Shown here: positions 37,208 through 47,278 of the stretch, one piece after another
Position numbering within the stretch: position 1 is the stretch's first letter
Layout of the letters: the number at the start of each line of letters is the position of its first letter
IMG/VR virus record: IMGVR_UViG_3300020578_000006
Span: 124,001-188,000 of that record
Direction: 5' to 3' (one strand)
DNA length: 64,000 bases
The notes under the pieces: generated by a model
The model's input: the letters and a program-made list of their open reading frames with translations, nothing else
Database searches by the model: none
What the model was told of the DNA's origin: nothing
Translations under genes and position numbers: made by a program

Positions 37208-39016
37208 TCAAGTCCCTCGCGATAATAAAGTCGTTATACCGTTTCTTTTCTCCAATGTAATCAAATCCCCATTTACAAACTTGACACACTCTTTTCTATG
37301 GGAGATTATATAAATACCAAACGTATTTTTCGTAACAAACTCATTTAGCAAATTTAAAACTAACTCTACCCCGGTTTCATCTAAGCTAGTATCAAGCAAT
37401 TCATCATAAAATTGAATATTATAAAAGATATTTCCCTGAAGGCGAAGCATATCAATAAACGTAAACATTATTGCTAAATCTATAGCTTTTCTTTCTGCAC
37501 CGCTAAAATTAAAATAGCTTGTTAGTTTGCCCTTCTCATTAATAATTTGTTCTTCAAAATATTCATTAAAGGTTATAATAGCGGTTGAGTTTAGTTTTTT
37601 AAGATAATATGTTAGCTTGTTATTAAAGAGATCTAATATTCTTTTTACAATCAAGCTCTTAACACCTTCCTCGCTTACAATAAACTTAACCGTATCCATC
37701 AGATTTAACACGTGTTTTAGGCCTGTTACTTTATCTGTAAGGTCTTTTAATTTTTGATTAGCTTCAGTTATTGTTGATGTAAGAGATAAACTAGTGTCCG
37801 TTAGATGCTGCAAGTCTTGTGCTACCTGCTCGTTGTATTGGAGTAACTGAGCAATTCTCTTGGCGTCATGCTCTTTTTGCTGCTTCTGTAATTTGCCTTG
37901 ATGAATATTATTTTGCCCTGTCTTGATCGCATCGTTTATTTTTGTTTTTAAAATATTAAGCTCATTTATCTTTGTATCAAATGCCTTGATTTCTTTTTCT
38001 CTAGAAGAAATTTCATTCTTTAAGGTTGCTTTACTACTTTTGATATTGTCATGATCGAGGCGTGTAATATGTCTCAGGCATGTAGGACAAACATCTTTAT
38101 CTGTACCAATCTTACTCATCGTAGTAAAACAGATGTCATTAGTCGTTTCAAGAGCAGTCATTTGTTTACCTAATTCTTGAATTTGCTTATCACAATTTTC
38201 TAGCTTTGTAGTCAATAGCGATACATTTTTGGTTATCTCCTCTACATTTAATTCTTTCTCTGTATTATTTTTTGTATTAAGAACATTTAGTTCATTTGTA
38301 TTATCTACCTGTCTTTTTTCCAAAAGTACCTTTCTGGTAATATAATCATCGTGAGACTTTTTCTGTTGCTCGAGAAGCGTGTCTATTGATTTTTTAACTT
38401 CATCCTCTCTAGCACTTTCAATTTCATAATTTGATTTTATTTCTGATTGTTCATCTCTTAATTGAGAGAGCATTTTACTAAAAATTTCTAAATTAAAAAT
38501 ACTTTCTATAAATTTTCTTTTTTCTAGTTTCTTTTTAGCCATGAACGGTGTAGTGTTGTTAACTGTCATTACTACGCAATTTTGAAACAATTCAGAATTA
38601 CATCCAATTAAAGAAATAATATATTCTGTAGTATTAGCTATACTATCTCTTGTCACATCTCGTTGATTGTGAAAAAGATAACATCTGCTTGGCTCTAACG
38701 TTCTAACTATCTCATATTGATCAGTTTTCTTGCCGCTTGTTATATGAAAAGAAAGCGATACCTCGCAGGTTTGACCGGTGATATTATTAATAATAAACTC
38801 TTTTCTCAGCTCTCTAATTGTTGTACCAAACAAAGCAAAATGCATCGCATCAGGTACTGTACTCTTACCTACACCGTTTCTTCTATCTATTTGATCTCGG
38901 TTTATTCCTGTAATGCCATGTAGACCAGGTCTAAAATCAATTACAACAGGTGTATTACCCACACTTAAGAAGTTTTTTATTATTAATTTTTCAAAAATTA
39001 CTTTTTTCATTTGCAA
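37208..39016 (-). CDS. gp46: Recombination ATPase gp46 (SbcC/Rad50-like)
   Basis: KNFLSVGN, NGVGKS, CPTC zinc hook, FSGAE, FYDELLD, IISH. Confidence 0.96.
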   Translation of the reverse strand: MQMKKVIFEKLIIKNFLSVGNTPVVIDFRPGLHGITGINRDQIDRRNGVGKSTVPDAMHFALFGTTIRELRKEFIINNITGQTCEVSLSFHITSGKKTDQYEIVRTLEPSRCYLFHNQRDVTRDSIANTTEYIISLIGCNSELFQNCVVMTVNNTTPFMAKKKLEKRKFIESIFNLEIFSKMLSQLRDEQSEIKSNYEIESAREDEVKKSIDTLLEQQKKSHDDYITRKVLLEKRQVDNTNELNVLNTKNNTEKELNVEEITKNVSLLTTKLENCDKQIQELGKQMTALETTNDICFTTMSKIGTDKDVCPTCLRHITRLDHDNIKSSKATLKNEISSREKEIKAFDTKINELNILKTKINDAIKTGQNNIHQGKLQKQQKEHDAKRIAQLLQYNEQVAQDLQHLTDTSLSLTSTITEANQKLKDLTDKVTGLKHVLNLMDTVKFIVSEEGVKSLIVKRILDLFNNKLTYYLKKLNSTAIITFNEYFEEQIINEKGKLTSYFNFSGAERKAIDLAIMFTFIDMLRLQGNIFYNIQFYDELLDTSLDETGVELVLNLLNEFVTKNTFGIYIISHRKECVKFVNGDLITLEKRNGITTLLSRGT

Positions 39017-40050
39017 TTACTGTAAAGGGCTATTGTGTAATCTATTACTTCTTTTTTATTTTGTATATCAAGCATATTAACAAAATCAGTTATTGCTTGG
39101 GTTATATCTACACCACTTAAATCTACATCAGTTTGCCCAGCGTTACCAAATTTATCAAATACGGCTGACTGGTCTACAACTAGGCTTTGCGGTTTAAAGC
39201 CGCCTAGTTTAACAGTTATTTTTTCTAAATCATTATTATCAATAATCTTGTCTACAGCTAATTTAATAATATTATTTTTAAATAAATCTTTACCCCTTTG
39301 ATTGAAGTTATCTATCTTAATAAGTTCAGATAAATTCATCTTAATGTGTTTTGGGGATATTTCATTAGGGTAAAAAGTGTATGACGAATCTTTTAAATCA
39401 AGAATATAATAGCCCTTCGTTGTTTGTGTGTCACCGAAATCTAATTCAAACGGACAGCCAACATATAAGATAGTCCCATTATCATATTTTCTTTCCTCTC
39501 TTAAGTGAAAATGACCGGAGATAATTAAAGGGGCATAATTAAGCAATTCTTTTGACTTTATACCATCTTCACACATTTTATACGCATTCATTTTAAAACT
39601 TTCTATTTCAAAATGACCGAAAATAATATCGCACTGCTGTAATTCTTGTACTGTTGTACCCCAAGGGGCAAAGAACAATTCTTTGCCGCCAATTTGTTTT
39701 AAGCAAGGCTTATCAATTATTTCTATATTCTTTCTTCCATTTAATATACTAATACTATTCACCCTACTATCGTGCTTGTAAAAACAATCATGATTACCAG
39801 TTATCATTATAATATTAAAATCTTTAAATACGTCTAATATACTAGAAGCATGGTGAAGAGTGTTGACAGTGATTTCGCTTCTACTATGAAAAAAGTCACC
39901 ACAAAAAATAATATCAGTAATATCCTTATCAATCAATTCATTCTTTATCCAATTAGCCCAAGCTAAAGAAACGTCGTGCCACGTTGAGCTATTTAAATGA
40001 ACGCCCAGGTGTAAATCGGAAAATACAGCTATCTTAGAATTCTGCTTCAT
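39007..40050 (-). CDS. gp47: Recombination nuclease gp47 (SbcD/Mre11-like)
   Basis: FSDLHLG, GDFFH, GNHD, GHFE, SGHFH metallophosphoesterase motifs. Confidence 0.95.
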   Translation of the reverse strand: MKQNSKIAVFSDLHLGVHLNSSTWHDVSLAWANWIKNELIDKDITDIIFCGDFFHSRSEITVNTLHHASSILDVFKDFNIIMITGNHDCFYKHDSRVNSISILNGRKNIEIIDKPCLKQIGGKELFFAPWGTTVQELQQCDIIFGHFEIESFKMNAYKMCEDGIKSKELLNYAPLIISGHFHLREERKYDNGTILYVGCPFELDFGDTQTTKGYYILDLKDSSYTFYPNEISPKHIKMNLSELIKIDNFNQRGKDLFKNNIIKLAVDKIIDNNDLEKITVKLGGFKPQSLVVDQSAVFDKFGNAGQTDVDLSGVDITQAITDFVNMLDIQNKKEVIDYTIALYSNCK

Positions 40051-40059
40051 TAATAACGC

Positions 40060-40677
40060 TTAAGCGTTACTTTGATTATATACACTATTATCTAAAACTC
40101 CATGGTCTTTTGTAAAGACCCTAATTCCTGTCTCTTCTTCATCTCTATTAATAAGACTATCATAATTACGCTCTCTGAAGTCGGCAATTATTTGATGATG
40201 CTTCTTTTCTTTTTTAATTCTGCTAATAAATGCGTGAAAAGCAATAGTTGTAAAATAACTAAAAGGACTAAAGCCGTGGTCAAGTTTAAACTTTTTATAT
40301 TTTAAAGCCTGATACATTTTGACTATAGCGTCGCCCATCATTTCATCTCTATAGCTATAATTAATAAAATTAGGGGCAAACGATAGCCCGTAAGCAATTC
40401 TTTTTATTGCATCAGCAAGATAATCTGTAAGGTTATTAGATTTATAGTACTTACGAATTTCGTCCTCGAACTGCTTACTATTTACATAGTGCGGCTTCTC
40501 AGAAGGTTTTAGTTTTTTAGTAGTATTTTTAGTAGCGGAAGGCTCTACTTCACCGGTAATAGAGGCTACTACTGTCTTAATTAACTTATCATCAGGTACT
40601 GTATCATCTAGTTCAATCTTTTTAGACTTTGCTAGTTGTTTATCTTTTTTAAGCTTCTGAGGTTTTTTCTTTATCAT
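40060..40677 (-). CDS. gp55: Late transcription sigma factor gp55
   Basis: HYVN...IAYGLSFAPNFINYSYRDEMMGDAI...PFSYFTTIAFHAFISRIKKEKK. Confidence 0.95.
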   Translation of the reverse strand: MIKKKPQKLKKDKQLAKSKKIELDDTVPDDKLIKTVVASITGEVEPSATKNTTKKLKPSEKPHYVNSKQFEDEIRKYYKSNNLTDYLADAIKRIAYGLSFAPNFINYSYRDEMMGDAIVKMYQALKYKKFKLDHGFSPFSYFTTIAFHAFISRIKKEKKHHQIIADFRERNYDSLINRDEEETGIRVFTKDHGVLDNSVYNQSNA

Positions 40678-40693
40678 AAATCGTATTCTTTAC

Positions 40694-42163
40694 TTATACT
40701 TTTTCGGTCAACGTTTTTATAACGAAAGGTATTTTTTCCTGTGAATATAACGCTTGCCTCTTTAATTCATGGCGTTTACCGTATGTAAATTGATCTGCTA
40801 AGTCTATAATGTGTAATTTTTCCTTATTAGCATGTAATCTTAAGCCTCTACCTATACTTTGAATAATACGAACTTTAGCTTTGCCGCCACCTGCAAACAC
40901 AATATAATGTAGGTTCTTTATATTAATACCAGTACTAAAGATTTTACTAATAGCCACGCACACAATATTATTATTACGTTCCATTAAATCCCTTATTTTT
41001 TCTCTGTCATCTACTTCAACATCCCCCCTGATAAAGAAAATTTTCTTTCTTGAACAAATAGCTGTCAAAGTGTTGTATAGCTCTTCACCATGTCTTATGT
41101 AGTCGATTAACACTAACACATTATTTGGCGCATTGTTACATATAGAACCAATTGTATTGTTCCTAAAAGTGTTGGTAAACAAAAACTCAAGCTCTGTTCT
41201 ATATTTTTCTGATGGATTAGAGCTCTCTATATCATAGTTAGGTCGGTTATTATAATTTAATTGAATGGCAGTCACTAGAACGTTCGATACAAATCTTTCT
41301 TCGCGAAGCTGAAAACTATTTTTTTCATATATAATGGGCCCAATTTTACCTATAATATTCCATTGATCTAATTTTTCTTCTGGTAGCGTACCGGTAAATC
41401 CAAATCTAATATTAGTTTTAATATTTTTTAAAATTTTATTAATTTGATTTCCTCTTCTCGCTTTATGAATCTCATCAAACAACAATACATCAATATTACT
41501 AAGCCAACTTAAATCTGATTTTTCCGATTGTAAGATACCCAAATTAGCTATGATTACATTTGCACCTAAATCTAAATTATCATTACCTGTCCACTTGCTA
41601 CAGAAAAAAGGAACATTGTAGTTTTTAAAATCACTATAGGTTTGTGAGACTAATCCCAAGTCAGGTACAATTAAAAGACATTTAAAATTTTTATTAAAAT
41701 TAAAAAAGTTTGACAACAAAGAGGCCATAATGAGTGTTTTACCGCCTGCAGTCGCTAAAACCACCACGCCTCTACCTGAATCTAAACATTTAGTAACAAT
41801 AGCCTTTTGATAATTTCTTAGTTGCAGAGACAGATTATCATAAGGCTGATTAGTATAATGAATACTCTTTTGATAAGTGGTTGGACCGGGAATAATACTA
41901 TCTAAAAAAGTTTTTGAAGCTTTTATCTGATCCTTCGTACAAAAATTATTTTGTAGTAAAAATTTAGCTATTTCAAAAAATAAACATGGATCTACCTTGC
42001 CAGCGGGAGTTATAGCATACGTTCGTGAAGGAATAAACCGCCCTCTCATTCTTGCAAACCTAGCACCTTCATTTTTAACAGAGAAATGCTCTCTTATATC
42101 GTTAAAAAAATCACCAGAAAGCACCCCATACTCACCTCCCTTATTCAAGTCAAAATATACCAT
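40694..42163 (-). CDS. uvsW: SF2 helicase UvsW
   Basis: LRNYQ, ATAGGKT, DEIH, GFTGTL, FSTGINIKNLH, QSIGRGLR. Confidence 0.95.
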   Translation of the reverse strand: MVYFDLNKGGEYGVLSGDFFNDIREHFSVKNEGARFARMRGRFIPSRTYAITPAGKVDPCLFFEIAKFLLQNNFCTKDQIKASKTFLDSIIPGPTTYQKSIHYTNQPYDNLSLQLRNYQKAIVTKCLDSGRGVVVLATAGGKTLIMASLLSNFFNFNKNFKCLLIVPDLGLVSQTYSDFKNYNVPFFCSKWTGNDNLDLGANVIIANLGILQSEKSDLSWLSNIDVLLFDEIHKARRGNQINKILKNIKTNIRFGFTGTLPEEKLDQWNIIGKIGPIIYEKNSFQLREERFVSNVLVTAIQLNYNNRPNYDIESSNPSEKYRTELEFLFTNTFRNNTIGSICNNAPNNVLVLIDYIRHGEELYNTLTAICSRKKIFFIRGDVEVDDREKIRDLMERNNNIVCVAISKIFSTGINIKNLHYIVFAGGGKAKVRIIQSIGRGLRLHANKEKLHIIDLADQFTYGKRHELKRQALYSQEKIPFVIKTLTEKV

Positions 42164-42558
42164 TACATGGTCTCCATCTTTAATAACTCTATTAGATTCT
42201 TTATATCAAAACCAATACTATGAATAGTCTTCTCAACACGTTCTAGAAATTCAACAACACTCTCTCTTTCCTTAATCTCTAAGTTAAGATCTGCAACAGC
42301 TGAGTGTCGTTCCGCAGCCTCTTTAAGAGAGGGGTATGTCATTTTTACAGGAGACTCTGCCTTTACCGCTTCGATTACGGAAGACACTAAAATGTTTTTT
42401 TTCTTAGTTAGCTCTATAAGCTCACTTTTCTCTAACATCAAGCGAGACACCCATTTTGCTTTTTTACCGGGTAGTGTTAATGCTGCCTCTTTGAGGTTAA
42501 GCTCATCTAGCTTTACATCTTCTTCTAGCTCTGCTACATATTTTTGCAGTAAAGTCAT
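42163..42558 (-). CDS. uvsY: Recombination mediator UvsY
   Basis: EDVKLDELNLKEAALTLPGKKAKW; C-terminal GFDIKNLIE; upstream of uvsW. Confidence 0.8.
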   Translation of the reverse strand: MTLLQKYVAELEEDVKLDELNLKEAALTLPGKKAKWVSRLMLEKSELIELTKKKNILVSSVIEAVKAESPVKMTYPSLKEAAERHSAVADLNLEIKERESVVEFLERVEKTIHSIGFDIKNLIELLKMETM

Positions 42559-42565
42559 AAATATG

Positions 42566-42593
42566 ATTGTAATACCTTATAGTGAAAAATCAA
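42566..42593 (-). promoter_or_regulatory. Sigma70-type promoter TTGATT-N16-TACAAT (uvsY operon)
   Basis: 7 nt before ATG 42558. Confidence 0.72.
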
Positions 42594-42595
42594 TC

Positions 42596-42811
42596 ATGAT
42601 AACATTTAAACAATTTGTAATGAATGAAGAAAATGTAGCCGGGGACGGAGGTGTTTTTGGATCAGCTGCTAGTATGGGACATGGAGGTGATGTCGGCAAT
42701 ACTGATTTTTACGCACCCGGTGCAGCATTTTTGGCCAAACCTCTTTTTAAAGTAAAAGGCAAAAAAAATAAAATACTTGTACAAAGAAGAAATAAGTTTA
42801 AATACTTCTGA
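42596..42811 (+). CDS. Small putative head-packaged protein (MITFKQFVMNE)
   Basis: True start probably ATG 42596 (in frame with track ORF 42392); capsid-targeting-like N-terminus. Confidence 0.55.
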   Translation: MITFKQFVMNEENVAGDGGVFGSAASMGHGGDVGNTDFYAPGAAFLAKPLFKVKGKKNKILVQRRNKFKYF

Positions 42812-43227
42812 TGGACCTAGGTCATTGGATTTTAAAAGAGGGTATATCTTTTAATGAATCGTCATTTGGATTCATTTATGAGATATGCAATACAGTTACA
42901 GGTAGAAAATATGTAGGTAAAAAGCAATGTCAGAGTAAACTAAAGCGTAAACCCTTAAAGGGCAAGAAAAATAAAAGAATAGAAATAAAAGAGTCTGATT
43001 GGAAAAGCTATACAGGGTCGTCAAAAGAGCTTAATGAAGATATTGAAAAGTACGGTAAAGACAAATTTACTTTTACTATATTACATGCATGTGGGTCTAA
43101 ATGGGAATTAGGATATAGAGAAATAAAAGAGCAGATAGAAAGAGATGTAATCTTAAGAGATGATTATTATAATGGCATTCTAAATGTCAGGATAGGGACG
43201 CCGCCTAAGAATTTTAGTATTGACTAG
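42811..43227 (+). CDS. denA: GIY-YIG endonuclease (T4 EndoII/DenA-like)
   Basis: GFIYEICN...RKYVGKK...SDWKSYTGSS...YYN. Confidence 0.8.
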   Translation: MDLGHWILKEGISFNESSFGFIYEICNTVTGRKYVGKKQCQSKLKRKPLKGKKNKRIEIKESDWKSYTGSSKELNEDIEKYGKDKFTFTILHACGSKWELGYREIKEQIERDVILRDDYYNGILNVRIGTPPKNFSID

Positions 43228-43247
43228 TACTAAAATTCTTTTATAAT
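43220..43247 (+). promoter_or_regulatory. Sigma70-type promoter TTGACT-N16-TATAAT
   Basis: 6 nt before ATG 43254. Confidence 0.8.
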
Positions 43248-43253
43248 TTAAAG

Positions 43254-43787
43254 ATGAGAGGAGTTTATTTTGAAGATAAAAACCTTGGCATACGATTTGC
43301 AAGTTGTCAAGTTATTTTTGATAGGGAAATAGAGCCACAATTGACAGAGGATGTTATTAAGTATGGGCTTGAAAAGAATAATCGTTTAAAAAGACAGTTT
43401 ATAGTATACAGGGTGGCCTCGTTTTTTACAGATTCTCTTGGTAATAGTATCAATGTTAAGACTGTTTTCTTGCTTCCAACAAAAATAATCTCTCAACATT
43501 TTAGCGGAGAAGATATTTTTATATACAACAGTTTTAGAAATATTTTTAATATTTTATCAATTAATTTTCTTAATACAGATTTATCTCAAGCAGACTTTCA
43601 GAACATACTTGGCAAGAATACGGGAGAAAGTAAAGAACTTAAAGCAAGAATAACTAATAATTTATATAAGCGCGGTACACCTAACCTTACAAAACTCTAT
43701 TCTTATCTTAAGAAATACAAAATACATAAGCTACAAGAGGATATATCTCAAAACATTAAGATCAAATTAGGGTTGTTTGTAGCATAA
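43254..43787 (+). CDS. Hypothetical protein
   Basis: 177-aa ORF with sigma70-type promoter. Confidence 0.6.
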   Translation: MRGVYFEDKNLGIRFASCQVIFDREIEPQLTEDVIKYGLEKNNRLKRQFIVYRVASFFTDSLGNSINVKTVFLLPTKIISQHFSGEDIFIYNSFRNIFNILSINFLNTDLSQADFQNILGKNTGESKELKARITNNLYKRGTPNLTKLYSYLKKYKIHKLQEDISQNIKIKLGLFVA

Positions 43788-43790
43788 ATA
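43783..43790 (+). promoter_or_regulatory. Late promoter CATAAATA
   Basis: 7 nt before ATG 43798. Confidence 0.65.
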
Positions 43791-43797
43791 TAATATA

Positions 43798-44154
43798 ATG
43801 AAGTTTTTAGCTAAGCTAGCAGAAGAATATAATAAACTAGAAGTTGAAAAGCCTCAATGGGTGGAAGAATATGTTACACCCACAACACCATCTTCAACAG
43901 TTGCAACCACACCCTCTACATCAATAACAGGTACTAAGCCAGGTAGTAATCTAGGTAAAGCCATACAAGACACTCTTGATGTTCAAATTGACCCGGAATT
44001 GGCTAAGAAAAAAGAAGAATTAGATAATGTTTATAAGCAAGTAGCGGATGCCCTTAAGAAAAAGGCAATGGACGCAACAAATAAGCTTAAACAAACATCG
44101 AGTGAATTAGCCGCTACCCCAACGACAGCAGTGCCGTCGGTTCCAGCGGTATGA
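43798..44154 (+). CDS. Hypothetical late protein (MKFLAKLAE), Thr/Pro-rich
   Basis: ORF with late promoter. Confidence 0.6.
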   Translation: MKFLAKLAEEYNKLEVEKPQWVEEYVTPTTPSSTVATTPSTSITGTKPGSNLGKAIQDTLDVQIDPELAKKKEELDNVYKQVADALKKKAMDATNKLKQTSSELAATPTTAVPSVPAV

Positions 44155-44495
44155 AATTTAATAAATTACTAGAAACAAAATATAGAGAGCTTTTCGAGCA
44201 AGTACCTCCTCAAGATTTAAACATACCTGCTCCGGAAGCTCCTGTAGCTGCACCGGCGCCGGCTGCTGCTGTTCCTCCAGCTGAACCGCCTCAGCAGAAG
44301 CCATTAACACCTGAAGGCGAAGTATTTTTAATTAATCTTATCCGTAAAGCCTTGTTTATGAACCCTGATGATCTAGGATTAAAGACAATTAAGGAGTTAC
44401 CAGAAGTAAATGCAAAAAACGCGTCTGAGATTTTAGATAAGATTGTCAAGTTAATGCAAGTAGAAGCTATTGATTTGGATGTAAATACGAAATAA
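44151..44495 (+). CDS. Hypothetical late protein (MKFNKLLE), Pro/Ala-rich
   Basis: ATGA-coupled ORF. Confidence 0.6.
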   Translation: MKFNKLLETKYRELFEQVPPQDLNIPAPEAPVAAPAPAAAVPPAEPPQQKPLTPEGEVFLINLIRKALFMNPDDLGLKTIKELPEVNAKNASEILDKIVKLMQVEAIDLDVNTK

Positions 44496-44549
44496 TTAAA
44501 AAGTATTCTAATACTATTGACGTTATTACTAATAAGGAAGTTGGTGGTC

Positions 44550-44557
44550 AATAAATA
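44550..44557 (+). promoter_or_regulatory. Late promoter AATAAATA
   Basis: 5 nt before ATG 44563. Confidence 0.65.
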
Positions 44558-44562
44558 ATATT

Positions 44563-45447
44563 ATGAATAGGGACATTAAGTTATTGTTTGAGGCTTATAA
44601 TAGTATTAAAGAGGCAGAAGATACTAACATAGACACCTTTCATAAAGAATTGGCCAAACAATGGGCTAGTTTATTCTTAGATAAATTACATGAGTATCCT
44701 ATTACCAGTAGATCGGCACACTTAGAAAGATTGCTTGATGGTTCATTAGAAGTTTTTAAGAAGTATATTCTAGATGATATTAAATCTAAAAAACTATCTT
44801 ATTTAAAGGCAGACGCTTTTTCAAAAAGCGAAGATGCTCAAAGCATTGTAAAAAAATTCACAGTAGTAAGTGGAGGTGTAGATAACACCAGTGATGTAGG
44901 TTTTGATTTGAGTGAAGTGGACCACGAGCAAGCCCAGAGCTTGCAAGATGTAGTAGACAGAACAATTGAAGACATGGAGAATGATGAAGATTTTGCAGAT
45001 ACTTTTCCTCAAGAATACAGAGAATTTAAGAACAATATGTTTATTATGTCCACCGATAGTGGTGATTTTGTGGCTGTACTTCCAGGGCATTTAGACGAGA
45101 AGCAAGTATTTGCAAAATTGGCATCAGCTTTCAGTGAAGATAAAAAAGGCCTATCAGATCAAGAATATCACCAAGCCCGTAAATTTGGGCTTGAAAGCGC
45201 AGGAGAAGTGGTCGGTAAAGGCCCTATAAAGATTCAGCTGACTAAAGACCAGACTTTATTATGCACAAGAGATGGACGGGAGCAAGAAGTAAAGTTCGTT
45301 AAAGGTGTTATATTTAATTGTGATGAATGGGTAGGGGATTATTATCATTGTGAATCAAAGAAATATGGTGGTGTTGCCGTATTTCCTCCAGACATTAAGC
45401 TATTAAGCGCCCCAGAGGGCACAATTACTCATCTAACTCCAGAGTAA
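44563..45447 (+). CDS. Hypothetical acidic late protein (MNRDIKLLFE)
   Basis: 294-aa ORF with late promoter. Confidence 0.6.
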   Translation: MNRDIKLLFEAYNSIKEAEDTNIDTFHKELAKQWASLFLDKLHEYPITSRSAHLERLLDGSLEVFKKYILDDIKSKKLSYLKADAFSKSEDAQSIVKKFTVVSGGVDNTSDVGFDLSEVDHEQAQSLQDVVDRTIEDMENDEDFADTFPQEYREFKNNMFIMSTDSGDFVAVLPGHLDEKQVFAKLASAFSEDKKGLSDQEYHQARKFGLESAGEVVGKGPIKIQLTKDQTLLCTRDGREQEVKFVKGVIFNCDEWVGDYYHCESKKYGGVAVFPPDIKLLSAPEGTITHLTPE

Positions 45448-45483
45448 ATGTAAAGGTTTACCTGTTTACTTAGTTTATTAACA

Positions 45484-45491
45484 TATAAATA
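45484..45491 (+). promoter_or_regulatory. Late promoter TATAAATA
   Basis: 4 nt before GTG 45496. Confidence 0.8.
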
Positions 45492-45495
45492 ACAA

Positions 45496-46665
45496 GTGGC
45501 TTACATATCCCTAAAAGACCTATATTTTGAAGACGTAGCCGGCATAACTGTGCCTCCGCTGCCTAGACAACAGGTAAATACACCCCCGGTCAAAGTTTTT
45601 GTGCCGGGTGATGAATATGTACCTCAAACACCGTGGACAGAATACGATATATCTCCAGATTTATTTCAAAAAACAGCAGGTGGGGATAAGGAAGGTACTG
45701 GTAGAGGAGAATACAGTATAGCATGTATATTGTATGGGTTCAAGACTAAGGAACAAGTGGATAAAGCATCTGGTAGAATTATACAAGGCGGGGGAGCTTC
45801 TTTTGACGTGGTAGGACCAGATAAACGCAAGTATGAGGTAAAAGAATTAACTAAAGCTGTACGTACAGGAACGGAAGGAACCGGGGTTTTTACAGATATC
45901 CTTAATTCGACAATAGAATTGTTAGATGCTATACTAAAGGAATTTAATACGCTAGACGCCCAGGGTAAGCAGACCATAAACAATATGATTCTAAATAGCA
46001 ATACAGTAAAAAGCACTATTCTTAACAGAAAAAGTCAAAAGGGACATTTTGACGCTATTAAAGACAGGTGGAGCTTAGATGAATATTTAAATGACATAAA
46101 GCGTAAAGCCCCAAGAGAGCTCTCTAAAGGTATTCTTATTTCTCCTATTTTAAATTTAGGTCAATATAAAGAAGAGCGCCCTTACGTAATTTTTTCCTTA
46201 AAACAATTAGTTGATGTATTAAACGAGATTGCCTCTACACAAGTCGCAACAGGCAATGAAGAAGGTACACCTAATCCAGCTGTAAGGGATATCGCCGATA
46301 CTATCAATAAACATTACAGCGTACAAGGTGATGAGAAAGAAAAAGAATTTTTCAAAAAAGAGGCAGAGAAAATTGATAGGGCATTAATTCAAAAGAGATG
46401 TAAGGAATTTAAAAAATGTACTGATGAATTATCTTTTAGAAAGCAAATAATAGCACTTAATTTGTCAGGAATGCTTAAGCTAATTCAAGATAAAACTCAA
46501 GATATTGTTGAGAATTTATTTCCAAATGATGGGTTATTTGCAGTAAACAGCCAAGGCTTTCAATACATTCCGCATAGTAAGTTAAATACCTATCTTGCTT
46601 TTGATACAATAAGTTCAGGAAGTGTAAAGATCAAGCAAAAAATAGCTAGTAATGAAACCATTTAA
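45496..46665 (+). CDS. Hypothetical late protein with PD-(D/E)xK-like nuclease motif
   Basis: GRGEY...FDVVGPDKRKYEVK pattern. Confidence 0.5.
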   Translation: MAYISLKDLYFEDVAGITVPPLPRQQVNTPPVKVFVPGDEYVPQTPWTEYDISPDLFQKTAGGDKEGTGRGEYSIACILYGFKTKEQVDKASGRIIQGGGASFDVVGPDKRKYEVKELTKAVRTGTEGTGVFTDILNSTIELLDAILKEFNTLDAQGKQTINNMILNSNTVKSTILNRKSQKGHFDAIKDRWSLDEYLNDIKRKAPRELSKGILISPILNLGQYKEERPYVIFSLKQLVDVLNEIASTQVATGNEEGTPNPAVRDIADTINKHYSVQGDEKEKEFFKKEAEKIDRALIQKRCKEFKKCTDELSFRKQIIALNLSGMLKLIQDKTQDIVENLFPNDGLFAVNSQGFQYIPHSKLNTYLAFDTISSGSVKIKQKIASNETI

Positions 46666-47278
46666 ACAATTTCTTACAGAACAAAATGGTAGTAGTATAG
46701 GTTTTTTTCCTGGAGCATTTAAACCGCCTCACAAAGGCCATTTTGATACTGCAAAACAAGCTGCAACAATTAATGATGCAGCAGTAATTTTAGTTTCAAA
46801 AATAGATAGAGATAACATATCAGCCGACGACTCAATGTTTGTCTGGGAGACTTATAAACAGTATCTACCAAAAAACTTGTATGTGTTTTCAGTTCAAGGG
46901 TCCCCTGTTTTAACTATATATCAAATTACAGACATCCTTAACAATGGTGTTTTTACCCCCACACCTAGAGCCCCTACCCCTCTACCTGCGGCAACAGAAA
47001 TAGCAGATTTGTTAAGAAAGTTTAACCCACCTTACAGTGTTAACCTTTATGCAAGTCAAGAAGATACAGAAAGATTTAAATCATTCTATGGACCAAGTAA
47101 AGAGATTTTCCAAGGAAAAAACGTACAAAGTATTGCTATGAAAGATATTTCTCGACTAGCGTCTGCGACAGATGCACGTGCAGCATTGTTAAAAAATAAT
47201 GCAAAGGGGTTTCATTCTTTATTACCAAATATTGCAGATCAAAGTAAAGAGGCTATCTTTAATCGATTAAAAAAATGA
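46652..47278 (+). CDS. HIGH-motif nucleotidyltransferase (NMNAT/PPAT/cytidylyltransferase-like)
   Basis: FPGAFKPPHKGH (HxGH) and C-terminal SATDAR (SSTxxR-like). Confidence 0.82.
   Translation: MKPFKQFLTEQNGSSIGFFPGAFKPPHKGHFDTAKQAATINDAAVILVSKIDRDNISADDSMFVWETYKQYLPKNLYVFSVQGSPVLTIYQITDILNNGVFTPTPRAPTPLPAATEIADLLRKFNPPYSVNLYASQEDTERFKSFYGPSKEIFQGKNVQSIAMKDISRLASATDARAALLKNNAKGFHSLLPNIADQSKEAIFNRLKK

Noticed and set aside
33975-37316. TATAAATA boxes on the plus strand inside gp43 (33975-82) and gp46 (37309-16)
   Set aside because: No start codon at the usual 4-8 nt distance; expected by chance in AT-rich DNA, although antisense transcription cannot be excluded.
42392-42595. N-terminal part of ORF 42392..42811
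   Set aside because: Antisense to uvsY; ATG 42596 gives a capsid-targeting-like start.
42811-43227. GIY-YIG gene as a mobile homing endonuclease
   Set aside because: Short, stand-alone, no extra DNA-binding domain; motif pattern fits the conserved EndoII/DenA type.
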